Below, piece by piece: positions 1-11,555 of a stretch of DNA of 64,000 bases; position 1 is the stretch's first letter; each line of letters opens with the position of its first letter. This DNA comes from Camelus dromedarius (lineage: Eukaryota). The stretch spans positions 108,440,001 through 108,504,000 of the forward strand of contig NC_087437.1 in assembly GCF_036321535.1 (NCBI RefSeq), given 5' to 3'. The position numbers were made by a program, and so were the translations under genes. The notes under the pieces are model-generated. The model was not told the DNA's origin and ran no database searches. It worked only from the letters and a program-made list of their open reading frames with translations.

Positions 1-48
1 TATCTCATCAGGTCTGAACAGGCCACACATTTTTGCTGGGAGAATTCA
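1..48 (-). other. Candidate exon start running off the window edge
   Basis: Long polypyrimidine acceptor ccttttctctttcttgcttttaatag; one open frame EFSQQKCVACSDLMR. Confidence 0.3.
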
Positions 49-284
49 CTATTAAAAGCAAGAAAGAGAAAAGGTTTTGTAGGTACATCTATTTATATAT
101 CCCAAAATTATTATAATTCTTTAAACTTAGGCTCCGGGTGAGCTATAGAATGAAGGAGGTGCTGTAGATTTCTGCATGTCCATGACCCTCTCTTCCCAAC
201 TAAAGCCACTAAACCAATAGATTTTAAGCAAAGGAGCAAGAGTGAGAATGTTATTTAACAGCTTTCTTAATGTGACTATGAAAC

Positions 285-430
285 AGTGGGTTTCAACCTT
301 GACTGGGCATCAGAATCTCATCTAAATCTTTTAAAAAATGTCATTGTTTGGCTCCACACTTACACTCTTGAATCAGAATTTCTGAAGTACTCATAAATCT
401 CCACTGGTAATTCTGATAAGCAGCCAACAT
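285..430. mobile_element. MER5-like hAT-Charlie MITE remnant
   Basis: Begins CAGTGGGTTTTCAACCTTG and contains GAATCAGAAT/ATTCTGA motifs typical of MER5A/B. Confidence 0.6.
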
Positions 431-660
431 CGGGAAATATTTAGGCCTGAAGGATTCTGATTCTTTTGGAACTTATAATCATTGATTGCTCTTTTTCCTT
501 GCTCATGTTTAAAACATTAAGTAGCCATGGTCGGAATCAAGCACTTGAGTTTGTGCTGAATATTTACAATGGGTACTTTTCTGCCTTACATTGTCCCCAA
601 AAAAGTTATTTGCATTGCAATTCCCTACCACCCCACCTTGAAAAATATCTTCCCCTGAGT

Positions 661-853
661 CAAGGTTTCTCACCCTTGGCACTATTGACATTTTAAGTTG
701 AATAATTCTGTGTTGTGAGGGACAGCCCTGTGCACGTTAGGCTGTGCAGCATCATCCCTGATCTCTACCTACTACCTTCTCCCCCAATTTTGACAACCGA
801 GAATGTCTCCAATCATTGCCAAGCGTCCCCTAGAGGGCAGTTGAGAACCACTG
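661..853 (-). mobile_element. MER20 hAT-Charlie element
   Basis: caaggtttctcacccttggcactattgacatt...gttgagaaccactg matches the reverse complement of the MER20 consensus as recalled, including termini. Confidence 0.85.
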
Positions 854-1679
854 CTTTGTTTGAAAGGAAGAAACATACAACAATAGAATTACATGCAACA
901 TGTCTCACCCACCCATCAAGCTTTCCTTGACTTGGATCTCCCAGCTCACTGAGGAGACCTGATGAACTGCTCTAGCATCAGTGGGAGAAAGTTCGCCCGG
1001 CCACCTTGCTGTACTGTCTAATTATCACCTCTACTCCTCCTATCCCTGCTGTCTCTACCAGGGACAGGTAATTATTAATACTAATCCATTCCACCATCTA
1101 TAGGGCAGTAATAGAGCTGCTGCAAAGCCCATTTTCCTCTCCGGTAAAGTCACGCCCCCAAGTGAAGCCCATCTCAGAGAAATTACTGCTAGGAGCTCCA
1201 GGCATCAGGCTTCCCTGGAACCTTGGCACAGTAATCTGAAGGACTAGAAAAAGAGTAAGTTGTCTTCCCTCTGAGGCATAATCATATTTTTATGCTTAAT
1301 CATTTGTCATTGTATTTTTTAATTTCTTTTACCATATTCTTCCCCAAGTCACTGAAGTAACAGTGAGGGTTTTATAATCCTGGAAACATAGACTCTAAAA
1401 CAAAGTTACCTGAAGCACTGGACAGATTTTGTAAATCTACAGCAGAAGCAAATGCCGCGAAAGCCAAGATGATATATATATGTCCACTTCAGGGACTCTA
1501 ATTACTTCCAAAGGATAATAAGGAAAATGGGAAAGAGAGAATCTTGTTTTGACAAAATTTAAGTACTAAATTGAAACATAAAGGCAGAGTGGTTATGTTA
1601 ACTTAAATTGGAAAGGGAATTGTTCTTAATAACAACAAGGAAGCTGTTACAGTTGGGCTTGGGTAGAGAAGTTATTTTA

Positions 1680-1767
1680 TCTTTTTAAAAATTTTTTTAT
1701 TGAACGATAGTCAATTTACGATGTTGTGTTAATTTCCAGTGTATAGCATAGTGGTTCATTTATTAAC

Positions 1768-1799
<32 letters not shown>

Positions 1800-1901
1800 A
1801 TATTATATATATAAATATACATATATATTTCTTTTCATATTATTTTTCATTTATAGGCCATTACAAGGTATCGAATATAATTCCCTGTGCTACACAGTAT
1901 G
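1680..1901 (-). mobile_element. 5'-truncated L1 3' end with internal (TA)n
   Basis: T-rich tail, L1 3'UTR motifs (ttccctgtgctacacag); perfect 15-bp TSD agagaagttatttta at 1665-1679 and 1902-1916. Confidence 0.9.
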
Positions 1902-2245
1902 AGAGAAGTTATTTTAAAAATTACATTTTTGCAAGTGAGAATGTGTAGCTGTCTAATGACAACCCCTACACACCATTTTCACTATGGACAAAAGCCTCTG
2001 AACTCCCAGATGATCTTTGCACTTCTGCTTGAGCCAACCATATTTCCACTTCCCCTTCCTTGGATAAACAAACTTGATTCTATGACAATCGTTTTGTTTT
2101 TTTAGATTTTTGGTAATACCATGTAAAACTTGAGAATTCACAAAGTGCTTTCTTGTCCATTACCTCAGTAATTATCTTTATTTCACAAATAAGAGTCAGG
2201 CAAAGAAAGATAAAGAAACTCGCTCAAAGCTAAGAAGTGAGGCGA

Positions 2246-2374
2246 GGGAGAGTGTAGCTCAGCGGTCAGAGTAAATGCTTAGCATGCATGAGGTCCTGGC
2301 TTCAGTCCCCAGTACCTCCATTAAAAAGTAACTTAATAAATAAACCAAATTACCTCCCCCCCTCAAAAAAAAAA
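2246..2374 (+). mobile_element. tRNA-derived camelid SINE (Vic-1-like)
   Basis: A-box-like tagctcagcggt, B-box-like ggcttcagtccc, then cccagtacctcca...aattacctccccccc and an A tail; homologous to copies at 49.4 and 61.8 kb. Confidence 0.85.
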
Positions 2375-3334
2375 CACCAAAAGCAGGGTTAAGAAATGAC
2401 AATTCTCAGACTGCCATGTCGATCTGCTGATTCTGAACATAGTGTACTGGGCAATGTAGCCTGGTAGCTAAATATTCCAAAGTGTTTTCAGTTGACAAGA
2501 AATAGTTTTATGGATGTCTTAGATTATAAGATAAACAAAGCAGAGGGCCATCTTTCTCTCAAAGCAGAGTAACGTTTGTTAACCTACACTGTTTGGTACA
2601 TAACAGAACAGTTTTGCAAAGGGCAAGGATGGAAATGAAATCTTTGCTATGTTATGAGGGCATGGTGGCTGGCTTCTCAACAATCTATTTTATTTTATGT
2701 AGGCACCACTTTCCCCTGTCAGACCCCTGGTTTGACCTCCTTTGCAATCTGTGGCTTTTTGCTACTGTGCATCTCTGGGATAAGCCTCATCATGTACAGA
2801 AAGCCTGTATTCTGGAATGAGAACTAGTTTGTCTTATAGTCCAAGTACTGACGATTCAAGTTTCCCTCACCTCTTCCTCTAAAGGTCAGTACATAATAGA
2901 ATTGTTGTTGCTCATGCTCAAATGCAGTGTATTCAATTTTATATTCCATTCTCGTGAATATGGTGAATACATATCATTCCTCTTCCTGTCTCCACCCTTC
3001 CTAAGACCCTATAAAAAGGGAGGGGACAGGCGGGGTTTTCCCTTTTTTTAATCAGGTTTCCTGGAGTTTTCTATTGTTTCAACTAGGAATAGTCTACTAA
3101 TAAGCAATTAATATTCTGAAATTATCATCTTTTCACAGAAATTTCCAAATCCTTTCTGATAAATAAAAAATCATTTTCCAAATGTGTTCAGGGGAAGCAG
3201 GAACATCCCTAACTACTGGTCCCCTAGTATAGGAACATTTAGTCATCCTAGCTTGTAATCCTGATACAAAAATGTTCACCCAGTATAAATATTAGCTTAA
3301 TATTAGCTATAAGTAGGAAAACTCTGGGACAAAA

Positions 3335-3774
3335 TGTTACTGAGTCCAAACTCGCTCTGCTTGCTGCACGACAGGGCAATAACCCGGGAGATGAGGAGTT
3401 AGGGCAAGGAATAGCGACTATTCGGAAAGGCAGCAGACCGAGAGGACAGCAGACTAATGTCTCGGAGAACCATCCTACTCAAGTCAGAATACAGGCTCCT
3501 TTTATCCAAAAAAAAAAAAAAAAAAAAGTTGGGGGAGGTTGGTTGTTGCAAACTTCTTTGCATAGGAATTCTTTGTTCCTACATCTGTCCACGTGGGCCA
3601 GGTCATGGTGCTCCTGCAGAACCTCCAACAAAACAAATGTTATTCTCTATTCTGCAACTTGTTATCTTTATATGAGTGCAGAGCTAGCAACACTAAGCCT
3701 AGAACACAGGGCGCAGTGGTTAAAGCTAAAGGAACAGATCTAATATAGAGTCAGATTAGTTCTCCTCTATTACA
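3335..3774 (-). mobile_element. ERV1-type solo LTR
   Basis: TG...CA termini, 440 bp, flanked by 4-bp aaaa; CpG-retaining LTR-like sequence; strand inferred from resemblance to artiodactyl ERV1 LTRs. Confidence 0.7.
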
Positions 3775-4127
3775 AAAATGCTATTAGTGATGCATTTTAT
3801 TAACTCGATATTATTCTCATTCCTTCATTGCTGCCCATTTATGGAAACTTAAGGATAGGTAAATTGTGCTAGATGCAACTATAGAAAAACAAATTCTCTA
3901 AATCAAATTCTCAGTAAATTGGGTAGAAGGATGAGAGAAGAGAGAGAGAGGAGATGTGGGAGAAAGAAAGCCCGTTAACTGTCATCCATACAGAAGTGAC
4001 ATATTACAATTATAGATCTGGCTTCTCTTCAGCTCTGGAGGCTTGGCAAAAAGACCTAAATCTACAGAGTATTTTTCCAATGAATATGTAAATATAGTCT
4101 GAATTATCACTTCTATAAAAGCCCTTT

Positions 4128-4310
4128 TTATTCTTTTTTTTTTTTAATTGAAGTACAGTCAGTTACAATGTGTCAATTGCTGGTGTACAGCACAATGTCC
4201 CAGCCATGCGTATACAAAAAAAAAAAAATCTTTGGTATAGCACAGGGAACTATGTTCAATATCTTGTAATAACCTTTAATGAAAAAGAATATGAAAATGA
4301 TATATGTATG
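4128..4310 (-). mobile_element. Short L1 3' end with 5' inversion
   Basis: poly-T plus antisense L1 terminus (4128-4215) joined to the preceding L1 segment in the opposite orientation (4216-4310); TSD tataaaagc(c/t)cttt at 4114-4127 and 4311-4324. Confidence 0.85.
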
Positions 4311-6320
4311 TATAAAAGCTCTTTGAGATTGCATGAGACTGTATTTTTGGCTGTTTAAGGTGATCTCATCCTATTCCACGACTATCACCAGCAGACTTCT
4401 TTCCTTTGCCTGCCTCATGTCCAAATGTCTCCCTGACATCTTTGCTCAAATGGTTCACAAGTATTTGAACCTCATATATCCCAACTGGAGCAGTTCCTCA
4501 GTAACCTAAGTAAAATGGAACAAGCATCTGAAATTCCTAAAAGTGACATAGTTTAAGCCTATTAAAAAATATGTTTAACAGGTGAATACAAAAATAGAAT
4601 ATTCCACTCCAAAAAGCTAAATTAACTACATGAGAATGGGGACATTAAGACCTTAGTTAATAACACTCCAGTGTTTGCTTTCTTGATTCTCCTAAAGGTA
4701 TGGGTAATTATTAAGTAAAAAAAAAAATTAGTGGCAGTAAGTACCTTCATTATCATCATAATGTGTTCCTATTACACCATTTTCCTCTAAAACTCCTATG
4801 TGTCTTCCTTTTCCTTCCTTTCCTTAGCTGCTGACCTTTTATCCTTAATTTACTTACTTTATTATTTTTTAGGATCTTTAAGGCTCAGTTAATTTAAAAG
4901 ATATGGTCAACTGTCTAAACAGACTTCTTTATTATCAAAAATAAATATGGATTACCAGGCATTTAAAAATCAAAATAATCAAAATATCAGAAAATAGACA
5001 TTATTGCAAGTGGACTTATTTTGCCACTTGGTTTATGGTTACCATTTCTAATCTAACAGTTCATAGTGATCATCTTTACTTTAAGCAATTCCATAATGCT
5101 GTCAAAGGTTTGGTTTTTTACATTTGACCTGTCCATAATAGTAACTACATGACAAATAATTTAGCATTATTAATGGTTAAATCCCAAGCTAAAGCACTCA
5201 ATTAGAATGAGACCTTTGAGTCTTGAATCAATGTTTTTTATACATTCTATCTTTAAAGCATATAAATTATGTACTCTGTGGTGTGTCCAGGAGGGTGAAC
5301 GTGATGAAATGTATAAAACCTTACAAGCAAGAAGGAGGCCTATTAGTCAAACTGTGCTTTTAATCTGTAAAGGCATTACATCATGAGTCATTTAGAGGAA
5401 AGGGTAGAGTTTCCTCTTGAATTCATTACAGCATGAAAAGTAACATTTAGAAGGTAAAGGGTACAAAATGAAATTGTACCTCTCAGGTAAAAGTATTTTT
5501 CCCATGAGAAAGTACACCTTGTATTTAAAAAGAGACCAACAGTATTCTTTCTCTATTTCATCATGTATAAATGACTGGAAACTTATGAGCTCATTAGTAA
5601 AACCTCTAGGACTCCTGATTCAAAAAGAGGCAGTGCAAATCAAGGCTATATAAAAAATAGCAAAGAGAGATTGTTTTATTTAAGGAAATGGTATATATAG
5701 ATTTTTTAACTTGAGTCTTGAAATTTTTCTAGCAGTATAAAAATCTAGTCAAAGCATAATTCTTTAAAAAAGCTTATTTCTTGAAGAGCACTGGATTAAA
5801 AAAAAAAAGATGGTTTTTCTCACATTCTTATGATTTACCAACTTAATAGGTGGGAACTTCCAAAATTCATATACTTGATTAAACATTAAAATACCTGAAA
5901 ATTAAAATTTTAATGTAATTTTCTGTGCCCCAAAGTTACATATAATGTAAACTCTTTCTTTCTTGAAATTATTATTTTTTTTAAATGTCAACAAAAAGGT
6001 CGTTACATAAAAAGCTAGTGGGTATCAGTTCTCTTCCCTTCCAACCAACATATTTGCCCCTCAGTTTCCTCATTGAAATTGTAGAGTTTTACAGATCCTT
6101 ACTTATTTCTTATTTATTTCACAAGGTTATTATGAGAATAATTTGAAGTGAGTTATATGAAATCCGAGCTATGTCAGGCTCATGTAATGAGTAGTTGAAA
6201 GAATCTGAGCATATTTAGCCTAGAGAAGAGACGATGTGGGTTGCATAGAATAAATGTCACCAAATATTTCAAGGATTGACCTATGGAAGCAGGATTAGAA
6301 CTACTGAATATTACCTCCAA

Positions 6321-6356
6321 CACACACACATAAACACACACACACACACACACATA
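6321..6356. repeat. (CA)n microsatellite, interrupted
   Basis: Direct inspection. Confidence 0.9.
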
Positions 6357-6635
6357 CAAACAGGTATAAACAGAGAAATAGGTTTGGGCTCAATGGAAAG
6401 GAACTCATTTCTAGAACTTTGGGACATACGAGTGTTCCACACTGTAGATGTTCAAACAGAAATTAGAAGACATAAGACATTATTTATTATAGGAGGTGAA
6501 AGTTCATGCACCAAATGGGCAATGGGGCTATGTGATCTCTATGTCCCTTCCAGAGTTAAGGACCTAGTATTTTCAAATGTGCAGAGCATAAACATGTAGA
6601 GTTAGTATTGTTCTTATATTGTTATTTTCAGTATT

Positions 6636-6828
6636 CTTTCTTTTTATTGAGGTATAGTTGATTTACGATGTTGTGTTAGTGTCTGGTATACAGCATTGTG
6701 ATTCAGACATATATATATATATGTATGTAGATATTCCTTTTCACTTTCTTTTTCATTATAGGCTATTATAAGATATTGAATGTAGTTTCTGTATAGTAGG
6801 ACCTTGTTGTTTATCTATTTTATATGTA
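6636..6828 (-). mobile_element. 5'-truncated L1 3' end
   Basis: tttttattgaggtatagttgatttac... L1 terminus; TSD attttcagtatt at 6624-6635 and 6829-6840. Confidence 0.85.
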
Positions 6829-7067
6829 ATTTTCAGTATTTTTGCATTAGTGCCAAAACTACCTGAAGCATGGGCCTCACAAAGTTATGAGGTTCTTTCA
6901 CGAGGGCAGTGTTTCCACACCTTCATCATCTCCATGTGGAGGAGAGATTAAGCAAGCAGGAGTCCTAGAAGAGCCAGGAAGAGCAAACCACCAAGGACAG
7001 AGGGTCATATGCAACAGGCAGGAGGAGGGGACAGGGATGAGAGGCCCAGGAGAAGGGGAGGACTTAC

Positions 7068-7104
7068 CTAACGGCATTCTTTTGCCCTGGGACTAGCCCT
7101 GTGC
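7068..7104 (-). other. Candidate 37-nt internal exon of an unidentified minus-strand transcript
   Basis: Strong acceptor tttatttcttcacttttttcag and consensus donor AG|GTAAGT; one open frame (G)TGLVPGQKNAV. Confidence 0.4.
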
Positions 7105-8839
7105 CTGAAAAAAGTGAAGAAATAAATATGTCACCTATATGTCTTGGGTTTAACCAAATTGATAGGATCCATGATGTTGAAATCTTTGTATTTAGCTGTG
7201 AATAAATAAAACTTGTGTCCAAAACAAAAAAAATTTCTAATTAATTATCCAAGTAATGTATTATAATCATTAAGAAGAAAATTAGTAATACCCTAGTTAA
7301 ATAGATTACATATAGTCTAGATAATTCAGGCCCTAACACTTTCTTTTCCTCACTATCAAGTGTTCCTTGCTGTTGTTTTTCCATGAATTAGCCAGATAAT
7401 TTCCTCCAAGCTCCATATCTTTGTCCTTCTGGAAACACCCTGGGTGAGCTATGAACACAATGCTAACAGTCAGGCAGTGTTCTGAATAACTTTGGCAACA
7501 TCTAGCCTTTTGCCTGGGAGGCCTGGAAATGAAATGCCTCTTAGCTCACTTTTAGTATCAAACTCAAAATATACTCAGTATTAAATCAAAAAGACACAAA
7601 AGTTTATTTAATAACCATGTTGGGGTGTCTTGTGCAAGGAGTTGGAGCTATAAAGATAAACATCACCAACAATGAGATCCTGGGGTCCAATAGACCCATT
7701 TTCAATTTCTCTGAATCCCACCTCAAAGTATACATGTACATATATTCAGTAGCCTCGGGTGAATCCTTCATAGTGTATTTGTGTACCTTATTACAGAGAA
7801 ATTTTTCAAATAAAATAAACATTAGTCCTAAAAACCCTTTAAATAGAGTATCATATTGACTGATAAATTTGAATCTAGATCAAATTATAATTCTATAAAG
7901 TTTTTTATATGCAAAGGCATTTTTGTATGTTCTCATATGTAACACACTGAATGAAACTGATTTCAAGTATTATTTCTTAAATTAACTTTTAATTATAAAT
8001 AGTTGAAAAATCAATTTTAGGTAAATATGGCAATGTAGTTAAGCTGTAGCTTGCCTAAAAACCTCAGAGTCATTAGGGTTCAAATATCTCACCAGAAATG
8101 GGAACTCAGTGAAATCCAAAGTTCTTGAAATGTTCAAGAAAAGCCACCCTATTATAAAAACAGCAATACTTCATTCTGCAATCTTTTTTTTTTCTCTTTA
8201 GCCACTAGAGCCCACTAAAATAATTATCCATGTTACAAATCATTTCAACAGAATCAAAACTCAGAAAATCAAACATATTTAACTGGCTAGAAATCATAAA
8301 CTAAACAGGCAGTTCAAACTAAAATTTTGAGCTTATGATAACAGTTATTTGTGCTTTATTCAAATCTGAAAATATTAATTTGTAGCAACTAAATGGAGTC
8401 CAGATGAAGGCAGAGATGTAAAAATTCACCTCTTTCCTGGTGGCTCAAAATGATAATGGAAATACAGAATGTTTGAACTTGGCTGACACACGACCGCAGG
8501 CAAGAATGCCTTGGATAGAACTCATTGCCCTTGTTTCATCCTCTTCCTCTCTCCTTCATCAATCTTGATTCTCTTAAGATGGAAAAGGAGGACAGTGAGG
8601 GGGGAGTGGGGATGAGTAGTCAGAATTGCTGGGAAAGAAAAACACATGGGCACTCTCTTCTAAGAACTGGGTCTTTTCGATTTGTAATTCCCCAGGGTCC
8701 AATGTAGTCCTTGGAACAAAATAGACATACAATAAATACATGTAATGGAATGAACGTGTTCTTCCAGTCCTCAGGGTACATTTCTTCTCCTTCGTTTTTC
8801 TCATTCTTCCTTCCCTTCCACTCCTTCTCACACCATTAC

Positions 8840-8946
8840 CTGATTTAAGCATGCGTCTTTCAATATCATGACACACTTCCATGACAGTTTTGCTAGACGA
8901 ATTCACGTTCCCAGATAAAAGTGGAAGGCCATAGAAATAGCAACAT
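8840..8946 (-). other. Candidate 107-nt internal exon of an unidentified minus-strand transcript
   Basis: Acceptor ttcattttatctccag, donor CAG|GTAATG; single open frame CCYFYGLPLLSGNVNSSSKTVMEVCHDIERRMLKS. Confidence 0.4.
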
Positions 8947-9109
8947 CTGGAGATAAAATGAACTAAAGAGGTGTTCTTTCAGTTCAGAGCCAGGCAGGAA
9001 ATTTCTTGCTCTATTCATCATGGTCTGCCCATTATAGTTAATTTCTTGGTTTGGTTTTTCTAGGAGATAAAATCCAGAATCCCTTTGCTGACTTAAAACA
9101 CTGAATTTG

Positions 9110-9296
9110 CTGGTACCCTGACCAACTGAATCAGAATCACCTGGCATCCTTATTAAATATACAGATCCCTGGGTCTCGCCCCAGACCTGTTCCATAGGAA
9201 CCCTCCAGGTTGGGCAAAGACATGGGTGTTTGCCTTTTTCTTGAGCTCTCAAAGTGACTCCCAATGCACGACATGGTTTGAAAACCACCATACTAG
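9110..9296. mobile_element. MER5-like hAT MITE remnant
   Basis: atcagaatcacctgg...cagatccctggg...ccccagacct...tttgaaaaccac. Confidence 0.65.
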
Positions 9297-9441
9297 AACA
9301 GTGGACCCAACTTCTCACTTCCTTGAACTTAGGTTTTTCTCCCCCTTTTTCTCAAGAAGACTTTTATTCATTCATTCATCAAAGGCCTAGTTCAGAATTC
9401 TAGATTCACAAAGAAAATTAGCTTGAGTTTAAATATGTTAA

Positions 9442-9688
9442 GTGGGGGGAAAGGCGGTGGACAGATGTAAATTAGTTCAGGATTAGCAGATATACACTAC
9501 TATATAAAAAATAGATAAGCAACAATGTCCTATTGCATAGCATAGGGAACTATATCCAGTAACTTGTAACAGCCTATAATGAAAAAGAATATGAAAAGGA
9601 ATATGTATGTATAAATGAATCACTATTACTATACACCAGAAATTAACACAACATTGTAAATCAACTGTATATACTTTAATTTTTTAAA
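9442..9688 (+). mobile_element. 5'-truncated L1 3' end
   Basis: ggattagcagatatacactactatataaaa...gcatagggaactatatccagtaacttgtaac...cattgtaaatcaact. Confidence 0.85.
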
Positions 9689-9967
9689 TGTTAAATATCT
9701 TTAAACTCTCACAGAAAAGTACCTGATTGATCAAGAAAATAATATAGTTAGATTTTTTAAATGGTTTATTAATTGTTCCTTTAGAATACATTTCTAATTG
9801 CAAAAGCAATTTCTTGAATGTTCATTTGATTCCATTATAAATATCAATGGCTCCATAAGAAAGGGTTATAAACATGGAACGTGAATAAAGAGTGGATGGT
9901 TCCTCTGAGTCAGTAATGATACAGGTCCAGTTTGGAAGTATCATTTCCAGCACACCCATCAGCATGA

Positions 9968-10951
9968 CATGACTGCCTTCATGCATGACGCTTGTACAGT
10001 CACATGGGACAGGGTCTCGCTCTCAGAAGAGGCCTCGCACTTAATTTAATGCCCTACTGTTGCCTTCTTGAAATCTTTAATAGTCCAAACTTCAAACCTG
10101 AGTTTTATGAGCTTAGCCCACTGGGACCACGAAGCACGTGCGTGAGCAGAGGAGATACACCACACTGGGAGGAAGTCAGGACATGTGCGCACTCAGGTCC
10201 AGTCACTGCTGGAGGAGGGCAGCATGGTACATTTAGCCTGGCCAATCACTGTGCACACCAGGGGTAGTCCTGGGTGCCTCGGGGCCTCCAGGAGCAGCGG
10301 TGGTAAGATCAGGACCCAGAATGGCATTGACAGTGGCAGCAACAGGATCAGTGACAGCAGCAACTGCCAGCCCTGGAGGAGAGGAGGATCCCCCGTGGGA
10401 AAGAACCTTCAGTGGGAAAGCAGCTGGCCTGACCATTCCTGGAGCTCCTCCCCACAGCATCTGCACAGCTATTAAGTCTCTGTCCTAGCACAGGGACAGG
10501 AACTTCCAGTACACAAGCAGTAAACTTTGTCAGCAAATTACTACAAAGTAAAAGTGAACACATGGCCATTGTGACAAGACATATCGGGGAGCCATTAGAA
10601 TGTTTTAAATTGTTTAGAGCCTCTGGTTTTGAAAACAGCTGCAACATTGCAAAGCAAATTGCAAAGCTTCGGAAGGGAAATTTAAAGATCATCACATTTG
10701 ATGGAGAAAAATATTATTACTATTTTATTCTGGCACAAATATTTTGTATTTGTAAGTTTATGCTATTCCACATTTATCACTAATACTCTTATTTCATTTT
10801 ATTAGTAATAAAATATTTATTTTAAATAAAATATAAAATACAAAGGCTTTATATTTTACTCCTTCACTTGCACTTTTTAAATTTTCTTTTTGAACAAAGG
10901 GCCCTGCATTTTCACTTTCAGTTGTGACCTGCAAATTATGTAGCCATCCTT
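9968..10951 (+). mobile_element. MER45B/C-like hAT-Tip100 DNA transposon with transposase remnant
   Basis: Left end ctcagaagaggcc...tttaatgccctactgttgccttcttgaaatc and right end ttgaacaaagggccctgcattttc...gcaaattatgtagcc match MER45 termini as recalled; internal peptide FRASGFENSCNIAKQIA resembles Tip100/Zaphod transposase. Confidence 0.8.
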
Positions 10952-11409
10952 GCCTGAGAGGCAAAGGACTTTGAGACAATTTCTCAGGGGAAAGGACTGA
11001 AATCTGCAAGGGGTTAAATGATTTGGCTGTGGTCCCAAAGTTAGCTAAGGAGAGGCAGTTTCTAAACATGAGATTTCAGAAGATAGAACCTTGAGCTCAT
11101 CAAAAACCCACCTAGAACCCAGCTAATTATGAGAAGGGAAGACTTGGGAGTGCTTGCCTGGTTAATAATGACCACAGGGAAACAGAGAAGCAGTCAAGGG
11201 TACATCGTTACCAGCCAGATCATAGGAAATGAAAGAAAAGGCATCCGCCTAGTGCCTGGCATCCAGCAGAGAAATGAGGCCTCAGATTTAGCAATAACTA
11301 TTGGATCTTTTTCTTCTCAGTGAAAACCTGCTACTCTTTGGTGAGGGCTTGTGGGCGCCAGCCAAAACCCTAGTACAATGTAAATAAATGAGACCCTTTT
11401 TGTGTACCA

Positions 11410-11555
11410 GTACTTACTCAACTGTAAGGTGCATACCTGGGGATCTGGTCAAAATGCAGATTCCGATTCAGGAAGTCTGAAGTAGAAGCCAAGAATATGC
11501 CTTTTTAACCAGCTCCTGAGAGCTGTTGCTGCTGCTGGTCCAGGCATCATGTTTT
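11410..11555. mobile_element. MER5A remnant
   Basis: acctggggatctggtcaaaatgcagattccgattcaggaagtctg...gctgctgctggtcca. Confidence 0.75.

Noticed and set aside
2246..2320. tRNA-like sequence
   Set aside because: It is a SINE head with degenerate stems, followed by SINE body and A tail; the same applies at 49.4 and 61.8 kb.
7604..7859. Opposing ORFs and a possible small exon near 7720-7790
   Set aside because: Weak acceptor, no recognisable homology.
9992..10783. Cluster of overlapping GC-rich ORFs
   Set aside because: They lie inside a MER45-like DNA transposon and represent decayed element sequence.
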